Source: Trypanosoma brucei (lineage: Eukaryota). From it: DNA of 64,000 nucleotides. The first letter of the stretch is position 1. Every line of letters begins with the position of its first letter. Positions 51,656 to 62,100 of the stretch are shown here, in pieces. The stretch is from assembly GCA_000002445.1 (NCBI GenBank), contig CM000208.1, positions 3,808,001-3,872,000 of the forward strand. Reading direction: 5' to 3'. The notes under the pieces were generated by a model, which searched no databases, was not told the origin of the DNA, and saw only the letters and a program-made list of their open reading frames with translations. A program made the translations under genes and the position numbers.

Positions 51656-52444
51656 ATGGACAATGACTTCACTGGAAACTTTGACATGGACGAGAATGAC
51701 TTCTTCATAGATGAAGATGAGGGTGATATGGACTTCCTGCAGCGTGCAGCCGGCGCGTCAGGCGTATACGTAGACGCTGCACCGAAGGTGGTGATGGAGA
51801 ATAATGAACAAATGAAAGGGGAATGTAGTGATCGAGTAGCGGAGGTAAACATACAGGAGCTATTTCCGAATGCGGATCCAGCCACTGTGCCACTAGTTGT
51901 AGGTATCATTGCCCAAGCGAAACTCGGTGTGGGCGTGGACCTACGGGCCTTGAGTTGTGCGACGAGAAATGTCGAGTTCACCCCGCGTGTCCGCTGCCCT
52001 GCAGCCACACTTCGACTTCACGAACCGAACGCTGTCGTTCAGGTCCGCACCTCTGGTCTTCTTGGCATCATCGGGTCCACCAGTGTTGGTGAGGCAAGGC
52101 AAGCAACGGAGCTTGCCGCCCGTATCATCCGCAAGGCGCTCAATCTCAACTTCTCCAGCGTCCAGTTTCGTGTCCGTTCCCTGATGGCACGCTTTGACCT
52201 CTGCCATCCTATACGACTAGACGAGCTGGCCAAGCATGAAGGAGTGTTCTGCAGCTATGAGCCAGACAGGTTTAGTGGGTGTATCGTGCGGCTTTCTGGA
52301 AGCTCGCGGGGTAATCAGTGGCAGGTTTGTTGCACTGTGTTTGTGACAGGAAAGGTGATTGTGCTTGGAGCGCGGAGCAGAGAGGAGTTGTTAGATGCCT
52401 TTTACACTGTTTTGCCTATCATTGCACAGTACGCAAAGAGGTAA
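51656..52444 (+). CDS. TRF4: TATA-binding-protein-related factor, TRF4-like, the trypanosomatid TBP homologue.
   Basis: Two TBP-like direct repeats. Repeat 2 FRVRSLMARFDLCHPIRLDELAKHEGVFCSYEPDRFSGCIVRLSGSSRGNQWQVCCTVFVTGKVIVLGARSREELLDAFYTVLPIIAQYAK parallels TBP [32 protein letters not shown]...[29 protein letters not shown] (recalled from memory). Repeat 1 is also present (…LHEPNAVVQVRTSGLLGIIGSTSVGEARQATELAARII). The track start at 51620 is GTG; the ATG is at 51656. Confidence 0.8.
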   Translation: MDNDFTGNFDMDENDFFIDEDEGDMDFLQRAAGASGVYVDAAPKVVMENNEQMKGECSDRVAEVNIQELFPNADPATVPLVVGIIAQAKLGVGVDLRALSCATRNVEFTPRVRCPAATLRLHEPNAVVQVRTSGLLGIIGSTSVGEARQATELAARIIRKALNLNFSSVQFRVRSLMARFDLCHPIRLDELAKHEGVFCSYEPDRFSGCIVRLSGSSRGNQWQVCCTVFVTGKVIVLGARSREELLDAFYTVLPIIAQYAKR

Positions 52445-53019
52445 TGGAGTCTGACATTTTCGGCGTGATACGGTCGATTCATTCCGACTCCTTTCATCGG
52501 CCACAGGATGTTTAGGCCGTCCTGATGAGATAGAGGAAGAGAGTGGCAAATTCGGAGACAGTAGGCGCTCCACTTGACCTTACAGGCTCCCTCTCCCTTC
52601 CAATAATCTTTTTGTGCTCACCCTCTTCGTCGGAAGGTACGAACCAAAAGGTAGGGGAGGGTGGGATAGCAGCACATGAAACACGGTGGGACGGACCGAT
52701 GTGTGATGCAAAGTGGCCACTCTGTTCAAGTGAAGTTTTTTCCTCGTGAAGTTTTTGTGTCACGGCTTTGTAGTGCGTATAATGCGGTCTCTTCGTTACT
52801 CTTGCGATGTTGTTTCTAGTGATGTCGCCACGCTCGCTCCCTTCTATTAAGTTACGCTCACTCTTACTAGTAGCCCGTGTAAAGAGTATAAACAACGCTA
52901 TCATCAGGGAAAGGGGGGAAAAGGGAAAAGCTACTGGGAGGTTAAGGAAGAAGGGCATACAACAAATATAACGAAAAGTAAAACAGGAAGACGGTGGTTC
53001 CAAGCACGTAGGGACAAAG

Positions 53020-53712
53020 ATGTCTACGTGGGAGCAGGCAGTGGAGGAGGCTGACAAAGCCTTCGCAAAGCGTGACTGCAAAGCCGTTTGTGAGATCATT
53101 GAAAAGGCCGAGAGCGATGGCACTTGTCACGTACAACTTATGTGGCGTAGGGCCCGAGCGTTGCACACGTTGGGCGACGAGTCCCTGGACAAATCTGAGA
53201 AGGAACGGTACGCGCGTGATGCGGCGGTTGCAGCTGAGAGGGCAGTGGAGGAAGACCCGACATCTGCGGAAGCCAATCTGTGGAAAGCCATTTGCATCGG
53301 CATACTGTGCGACTACCTTACGACTAAGGAGAGGATGTCCAACGTTTATGTCATTCGTGACCATCTGCTCAGGTCGTTGGAGCTAAAGAGCGATAACCCC
53401 GATGCACTTCATGGCATGGGGATGTGGAGTTTGAGTCTCCTTCAGATAAGCTGGTTTGAGCGCAGTGCGGCCAGTCTACTCTTCGGAAGCCTTCCAACAG
53501 TTTCGCATGAGGAGTGTCTCAAGTATTTTCTCGCTTCCCATGAACTGAGGCCCTCTATTCGTAATTGCCTTGCGCTGGGCAATCTGTTCCGGTACCAAGG
53601 AAACTGGACTGAGGCAAAGACCTGGTACCAGAAAGCGCTTGACATTCCAGCGGAAACACACGCGCATAAGCAAAAGCAGGACGAGGCAGTGCAACTCCTC
53701 AACTCGTGTTGA
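53020..53712 (+). CDS. Regulator of microtubule dynamics (RMD/FAM82) family TPR-like protein.
   Basis: Collinear with RMD1-like proteins: ...ALHGMGMWSLSLLQISWFERSAASLLFGSLPTVSHEECLKYFLAS... and a C-terminal ...QDEAVQLLNSC. RMD family: ...HLLGRWCYQV..WLEKK.A..LF..PP.ST.E.AL..F... and ...QLLTSFS (recalled from memory). Confidence 0.65.
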   Translation: MSTWEQAVEEADKAFAKRDCKAVCEIIEKAESDGTCHVQLMWRRARALHTLGDESLDKSEKERYARDAAVAAERAVEEDPTSAEANLWKAICIGILCDYLTTKERMSNVYVIRDHLLRSLELKSDNPDALHGMGMWSLSLLQISWFERSAASLLFGSLPTVSHEECLKYFLASHELRPSIRNCLALGNLFRYQGNWTEAKTWYQKALDIPAETHAHKQKQDEAVQLLNSC

Positions 53713-54485
53713 GCAAAGGTATACTTAAGTGTGCAAGATGTGGAGGCGCACATCTTCATTCCCTCTCACCATTCATATTTTTATCCAGTTTGTTTGTGTG
53801 ATTCCTCTCCCACTATTTTTGTTATTCATTTTTTCTTTACGTATAATGTCACGTTTCTCCTTACTTACACATGTGGCGAAGAAGGGGAGAGCAGTATTTA
53901 CTTCATCGCTTTATCCGATACACGCATCTCATCTGAAGTTGTGCTAGGAAGACAGCAGCGGTGTCAGTGTCTGCACCGTAGTTTGTTTACATTTTTCGGG
54001 GCGCGGCAGAAAATGCGATTTGATCCCCTCCCGCACGCGCACGCCCAACGAAACATCCCAATCACTATAACATGTTTTACTTTGGTTTTCCTCTCATTTC
54101 AAAGAACCGGAGTGGGGAGAAAGGACTCCTCATCATATTTACTTAACCTTGTATTTTTCTTTACTCTGTATCCCATGGACACCTTTCTTCGCCACACCTT
54201 TCACCCTCCCTCTCTAGCAGACGTCTGGGCTCTACACCTCCCAATCGCACCGGGAGGTGCTTTTGCTCGTTCTCTTTAAATTCGATGCACATGTTTGTGT
54301 TTCTAATTCATTTGCTGCTGCACTGGGGAAGACTCGTCCCCTGTTTTGCTTCGATTGTCTCTTCCTCTTCACCGTCATTTGCATCGCGAGCTTGTTTCAC
54401 CTCTTCCACTGCAATTAACGTTACATTGGCGGCATATGATGTGACCGCCCAAATAGTTTGAACGCGCGCATCATAGGGAACCGCC

Positions 54486-56180
54486 ATGTGTACGTGCACC
54501 TGCTGTAACAAAGCAATACAATACTGCTGTTGTCGCACCTGTTCCCGCTGCTCAAAACCCCTCAACCGGCTACCACGAGGCCGTCATTGTAAAAGGTGTT
54601 GGCGTAGCGTGTGCTCAGCTTGCACGACTCGGTGCCGGTACGTCAATATGCTGGGGCCGCCTGAGGTAGTGTGTGATGGCTGCGCTGTCCCGCACAGCAT
54701 TGCATTCCTCAACGAGAGAAAGAGAGGCACCCCGTTGTGGGGGCTCTATGTCCTCTGGGGCGCAACGGATGCACCGGCGGTATGCGTTACGCCGTCATGT
54801 GGCACCTACGCTTATACGACCTTGTGCCGTGCCTGCGGCCTACCCACCGTTTCCTCCAGGGCCCATGTAACCCGTAGCGTCCACGACACTCGGAAACCTT
54901 CTCCCCAAGTGACGGACGAATTAAGGTTCCTCGATGTGAGAGAATACCATGATCGTGAGGCTGTCGTCAATGGGTACAGTAGCGCTGATGTAGAAGAGAC
55001 CTTTCGCTCATGCTTTCCCCGTGGGGAAGACGTTGCCGCTTTCCCCCATATTGGTAGCGCTTGTGAGGTACGGAACTTGTTGATGTCGCTGGTGGCTGCC
55101 GGCTTGGCTTACGAATACAACCGCGCGCCGAGTTTGACTCTCTCTCTCTCCGATTTTCCGTTTGCCTGTTTGCTGAAGTTGGTCCGCTATAACCGTCGCT
55201 ACACCGTTCTAGAAGCACCCGGGAAAGTTAAGTTCATCTCATTCCCGGGGACACATAATCCCGAAACAGTGGCCGTGAGTTTGCGTCTTTCTCACGTTAA
55301 GAGGCAACGGTGGTTTTTCCACAAGGAAGGCGAGGCAGGAGCCAGCGCCTGCGCATCCTCCACTGACGTAATTGGTGACTGTAATTCCCGACCAGGTCTC
55401 CACCAACAAGTTGGCGGGTTACCCCTCCACTACCGCGTCCACGCCGGCTTCATTCGCGAGGCAGAAAACCTGGTCCCACAGATGGAAGAATTTGTTGGGG
55501 AGGCCATTCACCACGGATACAGACTTGTGTTTTCGGGGCACTCCCTAGGCGGCGCAGTCGCCACCCTGGTGGCATTACAATTGCTGCAAACCCATCCCGA
55601 TCTCGCAAGGGACAGAGTCAGGTGCTTCACGTTTGGAGCCCCACTAGTTGGCGACCGTCAATTGACTGAGTTGGTGCAAAGGTTTGGTCTGACGCCTAAT
55701 TTTCACCACATTGTACATCAATTAGATATTGTTCCCCGACTATTATGCACGTATGAATGGTTGCGCGGCTGTGTAGACGAGCTGGCGGGAAGGGCCACCT
55801 TGCTTTTTAGCTCAGTGAAAAGTTGGGTGGGACGGTTCTCTAGCGGTGAGGTCGATGAAGGCGGACATAGCGAAGAGGCGGACACGATCGAGAGCCGAAT
55901 CAGGAATGGTGAAGGCGCAGTGAATGCGGAGAGCCCAGTTGAAGTAGAAGACGGTGATGAGCCGCATAGTTCAGCGAGTGGACCAAGGTATGCATGTTTT
56001 GGGAATTACCACTTCCTCAGCGACGACGGTACTAAGTTTTTCTCGACAGATAATCCCGAAGCGGCCTATCAAACGCTCAGAGGCAGTGGCAATGAAAAAG
56101 CGGCAGTGAGGAGTCACCGTGTCTTCGCGTACAACAGGGCCATATTCCTTCGTGTGTACACCAACGGACGATCCACCTAG
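54486..56180 (+). CDS. Class-3 (fungal-type) lipase domain protein with an N-terminal Cys-rich zinc-finger-like region.
   Basis: Nucleophile elbow VFSGHSLGGAVATLVALQL (GHSLG). Upstream Cys cluster CTCCNKAIQYCCCRTCSRCSKPL...HCKRCWRSVCSAC. Confidence 0.75.
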   Translation: MCTCTCCNKAIQYCCCRTCSRCSKPLNRLPRGRHCKRCWRSVCSACTTRCRYVNMLGPPEVVCDGCAVPHSIAFLNERKRGTPLWGLYVLWGATDAPAVCVTPSCGTYAYTTLCRACGLPTVSSRAHVTRSVHDTRKPSPQVTDELRFLDVREYHDREAVVNGYSSADVEETFRSCFPRGEDVAAFPHIGSACEVRNLLMSLVAAGLAYEYNRAPSLTLSLSDFPFACLLKLVRYNRRYTVLEAPGKVKFISFPGTHNPETVAVSLRLSHVKRQRWFFHKEGEAGASACASSTDVIGDCNSRPGLHQQVGGLPLHYRVHAGFIREAENLVPQMEEFVGEAIHHGYRLVFSGHSLGGAVATLVALQLLQTHPDLARDRVRCFTFGAPLVGDRQLTELVQRFGLTPNFHHIVHQLDIVPRLLCTYEWLRGCVDELAGRATLLFSSVKSWVGRFSSGEVDEGGHSEEADTIESRIRNGEGAVNAESPVEVEDGDEPHSSASGPRYACFGNYHFLSDDGTKFFSTDNPEAAYQTLRGSGNEKAAVRSHRVFAYNRAIFLRVYTNGRST

Positions 56181-57889
56181 GCCAGACGGGAATGAGCCGC
56201 GTCAACGAGGAGCAAATACCTTTTCCCGCATCCTCACCCCCCCCCCTCCCTTTCACAATTCAGAGTGAAGAAGTTGTGGGGTGGAGCGGGTACAAGGCAT
56301 ATGTTTTCGTGAAAAGTGGAGTGTTTAATTATCTGTTAGGAAGAGTCTTGGAATTGTATGGATGTGTCAAGAACTGGTGGAAATACAATTGAACTCCAGG
56401 AGGTGGTTTTCAGTATTCCGAAACACCCAGGAGGTAGTTTGGGTGCTCCACAACACCTGCATCGAAGCTGCCGACAGTGTCATAGGAAGATTAATTGGGG
56501 CTTTAACTCAGCCAAATCGCATCACAACGCCGTGGCAAACAAGGATTACGACAAATGTGGTGTTCTTAACTTTCCCTGTTCTCATTACGGACGGAGCTCC
56601 CCGCGCGGGAGCCCACAATGGAACGTTCTCCCGGAAAAAAAAAGTTTACATGTGTCCTGCCATTTAAAAGCCCTCCAGCGCGCGCGCATTTACCTCTGCT
56701 CGCTCCTATCGCCGTGGTACTGCTGCTTTATTTTAACACGCAGGGCTTAACGTACCACGCAAACACATCTTCTTTTGGGCGCTGAACGCGACAGGAGGAG
56801 AGTCGTTGCGCACGTTAAGGGGGAGGGGAGAATGAGGGGTGACAAACCTAATAGGAACTATGTTAGGAAGCAACACACTCCCACACGCTCGCATGGGCCG
56901 CCACGTGTGTCCACATTTTGGGGAGTCCAAATTGGAAAATTCCTCTTTATTACTCCCAAATCTAAGGGATGTATTACATTCTGCTGGTGAAGAAAAAAGG
57001 AAAATAAAAGTTTGTCACGCACTCTCTTCCTCAAGAAGTCCGGGTGTTGATAAGAGGACAACCGGCACTTTGAAAACCTATGCAAAGGCGGACGCTGATT
57101 GGCGTTGGTTTCTTAGGAGATAATGGCACCTTTAGGTGAGTACGTGGAGACCGCTCAAATGGAGGGGAAAGCAATTGTAATAACTATAGTCGAATTGAAA
57201 TGTTTGCAAGCATTTGTTCCCTATAGGATTGTATCCCTCGGTTCAGGTTTGCAACGGCCGTACAGTTATCTGCTGTATTAGTTTAACGTCACAAGCTTCT
57301 CAGGTGACATTTAACCAGGGTCAGAAAGACAAACTGCAGTCGTGTCTTCACAGGGTTCGAAGTAGGCACATCATCTGTCGAATTAAGGTCCTGTTAACAT
57401 GCAAATCTGAGGTATCTCATTTTTTGTATAGGGCATCCGAGCACCACATTCATATGTGTACGTGAATGGCGCGGTCACTCGAACAGCTGACCATCCTTTC
57501 TTTGCTACCGTGGAAATTACCACGGATTGGCTTGTGTGTCTTCTCGCGAGGGGACTTGCAGTATTTCTGCTGGTCGCTTACAGCTACCACGCAAATAGCG
57601 AACTAAACGGTCGGATTGAGGGCGAAGAATTAAGCCCCGCGTCACGACTTTGTGTTTCCCGCCTCTCTCTACATGGGATCACGACACTGCGCGGGCCACC
57701 CTCATACAGCGAAAGCGACTACTGTCAGAGCCTCCTCACAGCACAATTCACCACCAGACGTCATTTTGTTGCGTGACTCATGAACCTTCGGCGTCCACCC
57801 CACTGCCCCTTTGACCTACTCGATTAATCGGGGAGGCGTCGGTCGCATTTGACAGCAACACACCTCAGCTCATACGGAAGGGGGGAGCA

Positions 57890-58750
57890 GTGACTACCAT
57901 ACGTGAAGATGGGGAAGGTGTTGGTAAATACCTTCCGATAAGTGGGACCGTGTTTGTCATTGGCCTTTCCGTTCCAGATGTGAGGGAAATCGCGAGGAAA
58001 CTTGAAGAACGCAACGATTTGCGTGTTATTGTTCTCTTCGGGGAATTTTCATTACTGTATGATCTGTTTACCACGGCCCTCAACAACACCGCAGGCGCCG
58101 CACGTCTTGTGTTTGCCACCAGCTTGCCACATTGGGGTGATACTGAAACCTCATCGAAGACTGCTCAACTGTTCCATGATGTTGAAAAAGACTCACGATT
58201 GTGGACACCCCTATCACTTCTGGCATTCGCAACCGGTCGATTGATGCGGGTAATACTTCTTCATGTAGAAGAAATGAGTCCAGACACGTTGGTAAATTTC
58301 TTCTATGCCGATTCTTCCATCATCTCTGATGACATGCGCTACGGCGTATTCGACGACACAAAATGCGACACCGCGGAGAAACTTCCGAAGAATGATTGTG
58401 CCTCAAACTATGGCGCAACGCAGGTATCCGTGTGGTCTATGGCCCGTGCCCTCAACGCCTCCATTCCTCCACTTGCAGATTGCTTTTCTTCCACTTGTAT
58501 ATATATATATATATGTATATATCTTCATCCATTAAATTCTCTGCTACCGTTTAAGTTTGGGTTGAGGCGAAAATGCCTTGGAGGCGAGGTGTGGAAATCA
58601 TCCAGGCAAAGGGTTATACGGGGTTACCTTCCAGCGTGTCTGCCATCAGTGATCTGGGTAGTGAAGCGCGGGTTGCTGGTGTGTGTCCCCCGTTTCGTTA
58701 CTGAATACGTCATGTCAGTCTTTCGGGGTTACGCAGCGTGTAGGAGGTAG
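57890..58750 (+). pseudogene. Receptor-type adenylate cyclase gene fragment. It is homologous to about aa 645-830 of the downstream adenylate cyclase and lacks the signal peptide, TM segment and catalytic domain.
   Basis: VFVIGLSVPDV...LVFATSLPHWGDTE...TPLSLLAFATGRLMRVI...NYGATQVSVWSMARALNASIPPL parallels VYVIGLTAADPV...VLFATNLPHWADEIT...TPLSLLGFATAYFMRVI...NYGATQISVWSMARALNASIPPL in the 59126 gene. No ATG (GTG-initiated ORF). The ORF continues into a (TA)n tract and unrelated sequence. Confidence 0.7.
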
Positions 58751-59125
58751 GGGAGGAAGGCAACCCATAATGCACATGCGAAGAAGGTGAAGTGGTGTGG
58801 GAACATGTGTGCCGGCAAATGTCGTCAAGGGGCAAAATATTACAGGCATCGCCCACGGTCGATGAGACGCAAACTGGACCTTCAGTGTATGGGGAAAGTG
58901 ATTACAAAGTGGCTCATGGGCATCGATAGCTTGCTCGGAAGCACGGGTCACGGATGGTGGCGTGTGTTCAGTTTGTCTCGAAACCGTGCGGTGCGGTGAG
59001 TGCGGACTTTACTGCACATGCCGTAAGTACTGATACTCTCCTCAGTTCGCGTTCCTCTCCCCTACCAAATCCCTTCCCCCTTTTGTCTCCACACGAACAT
59101 AGTTTACTCGGTTAAACAGAAGACC

Positions 59126-62100
59126 ATGTGCGTTGGCACCCGTGCTGCTGGTTTTGGCGGCAGTGCCGCAGACACATCCATCGTAGTCGGTCCAGCACGG
59201 AGGAGATCCTACTGCGGCCGCGCCCTTGTTGGAGCGGCGCCGTTGCCAGTCTTACTGCTTCTGTTGCTGTCGGTAATGTGTGTGAAAGCCGATATAGAGA
59301 TCGAGGTTTTCTCTCTATTGCACCATCAGAAGATAGAGAAAAGGTTCGTTGAAGCGGTTAACGCTGGCTTCAACGCTTCCATGACCTCGCGCCGGTGGAA
59401 GACGGCACCCAGTGTGCACATCAAAGTCATGCATCCATTTACGCCCAGCGCGTCACCTGTTAGTGGCTTCCAACAGGCTGTGGAACGCAACAGGGGCAAA
59501 CTCTTCGTTGTAGTTGGACCCCTGGGCGATTTCGGCACCGTCTCGTCGCTCATTACACTACTGGCAGAACAGGATGTGGTCGCCTTCGCGCCCCTAACTG
59601 GATCAAGTGGGGGTCGTGGGTGGAACCCTAATCTATACTTCACGCGTGCTTCTCCATCCGCAGAGCTACTGGCGCTCATCCGATACGCGTTGGGCCGGCT
59701 ACGTACAATTCGATTGGGTTTCATGTACCTTCACAATGTCTTCTTCGGGGTGGAGGAATATGACGTCGCCCAGCGCATATTGCGTCGCATGGGTTATGGA
59801 TTTTGCGGTGTTTTCACTTTAAGTAGCTCACTGACCGGGGTTGCGAGCACCAGACACTTCGATTCCGCTTGGAATACGTTTGTGGAAAGTCGTCCACAGG
59901 CTGTGATTGTGTTCGCTCCCCCCGTGGGGGATACGGCAAGGTTCATACGAAACCTGGTTGCTGACAGTCGCACGAGAAGTGCGTACGTGCTTGTTCCGTC
60001 GATGCTCCAGTTTGCCATTGAGAACATGTGGCGCGAGGCGCTGGCCTTTGCCGATAGCCCATTTGTGGATGGGCAAGTTGTGGTAACGGGAACCAACCCA
60101 CTTGCAAGGGACACACAGTATCACGCTATCCGACGGTTTCAGAGAGACGTGAGGTCGTATCTAAAATCGAACCCGGGTGTAACGGTCTTCAATGCCTCGA
60201 GCAATTTCGATCACGATGACATAGATGGGCAGTTGTTGGTTTATGGATGGATCACTGGTGAGGTGTTAGCTCAGGCGTTGAGCGTGCCCGAGCGTCTGAC
60301 TGACAGAAAAACATTTATGCAATCGTTGTATGACCAGCGGCGATACGTAATTGATGACCTTGTGATTGGAGACTATGGTGGTGAGTGCGCTGGTTGGGCA
60401 GCCGGTCAGGGAGCAATGTGCTGGTGCAACCAGGGGGGGAACACGGTGCACGTAAGGGTGATCAGTAGAGGCTACCGGCTGCTGGATGCACCCGATGGAA
60501 TTATGATGTTTGACTCTTCTCACTGCTACCCTAGCGAGGTCGAAATGCAGGCTCCGTTCAATGGTGTGTCTGTTCTGATACCGGATAGACCAACCGCATT
60601 GCATGCTGCTGTAGAAATGGAAGAGGGCGCCTCTCTACTCGAAGTGAGGGAGCACAACCAAGACAGCAGGCTGTTTTTCGACACCATCGTCTCGCCTTTC
60701 AGCGGAGCCGCCGAGGAGTTGCAGCGGGAGTGGTCCACGAAGATCACCACGGCTGTGCTGGGTGTTGTGGATGAAGCAATGCTAAAAACACCCGGTGTCG
60801 CGTTCATTGACCCGGTGCCGCTCGCGCCGCGACTGAACAAAATGGAAAGGAATGTTATTCATCTCTCGCCAACCCTGGAACAGCAATTTTATGTGTGCAC
60901 GTCGTATCTTTCGAGGAACGACAAAAAACGTCTGCATATCGTTATCCGCAGTATCGATGCGGCCGCAATCGAGGATGTTCTGAAGAAAACCCTTGCGACG
61001 TTCAGTGTGGAACCGCAGTCAGTGGTAGTGCTGGACGGCAACGCCACGGTAGAGGGCCACCTGCCTGACAGTGGGGATGTTTACGTCATCGGCCTCACGG
61101 CAGCTGATCCCGTAGTGATTGCGGCCCATCTCAATAGTCATGATAGTGCTCGTGTGTTCGTTCCATTTTTCGATGTAGTACTGCTTCATGAAGAATTTTT
61201 TAACGCGTTCGAAGGCGTCTCGAGTGCTGATCGCGTCCTCTTCGCCACTAACCTACCACATTGGGCGGACGAGATCACAGCGTCAGAGGTTGTACAGAAA
61301 TTCTACACAGCGGAAAGAAATGCATCACGGCGAACGCCGCTCTCGCTTCTAGGATTTGCCACAGCGTATTTCATGCGGGTTATTATTTCCCCGATGAAGG
61401 CTATGAACGCAACTGCGCTTGTTGACTCCATTTTTGCTCAATCTGTAGTCAACGTCGGTGAGATGCGCTACGGCCCCTTCGCCGATGACGGTTGTTTTCT
61501 GAAAGGAGTGCCGCGTTTGACAGGTTGTGCCGTTAACTATGGCGCAACGCAGATATCCGTGTGGTCTATGGCCCGTGCCCTCAACGCCTCCATTCCTCCA
61601 CTTACAAATCCCATGACACCGTCAATGAGGTACTTGGACCCGGACGCCGGTAAACTTTCACGGGGACAACTTGCTGGCGTAATCGCCAGTTCCATTCTCG
61701 TCGCACTGCTTCTTGTGGCTCTGACTACGGTGCTGCTGCATGTCTCGCGACACAACACCCGTGATAACAACAGCGCGCCAAAGGAGCCCACAGAGCCTGT
61801 GACAATTGTTTTCACAGATATTGAAAGCAGCACGGCACAGTGGGCTGCCCACCCCGATGTCATGGCTGATGCTGTCGCCGCACACCACAAGTTGATCCGC
61901 GCGCTGATCTCCCAGTACGAGTGTTACGAGGTGAAGACCGTTGGGGACTCGTTCATGATCGCGAGCCGAAGTGCGTTTATGGCGGTGCAACTTGTGCGGG
62001 ATCTGCAGAGGGCGTTCCTTCGCCACGACTGGGGCGCGTCCGTGTTTGACGAGTATTATCGCAGTCTTGAGCAGGACCGTGCGTCAGAAAGTGAGGGATA

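Noticed and set aside
57340-57375. A tRNA-like T-arm motif gggttcgaagt.
   Set aside because: No complementary T-stem, acceptor stem or anticodon arm can be drawn around it, so it is an isolated motif match. No other tRNA-like sequence was seen in the intergenic regions.
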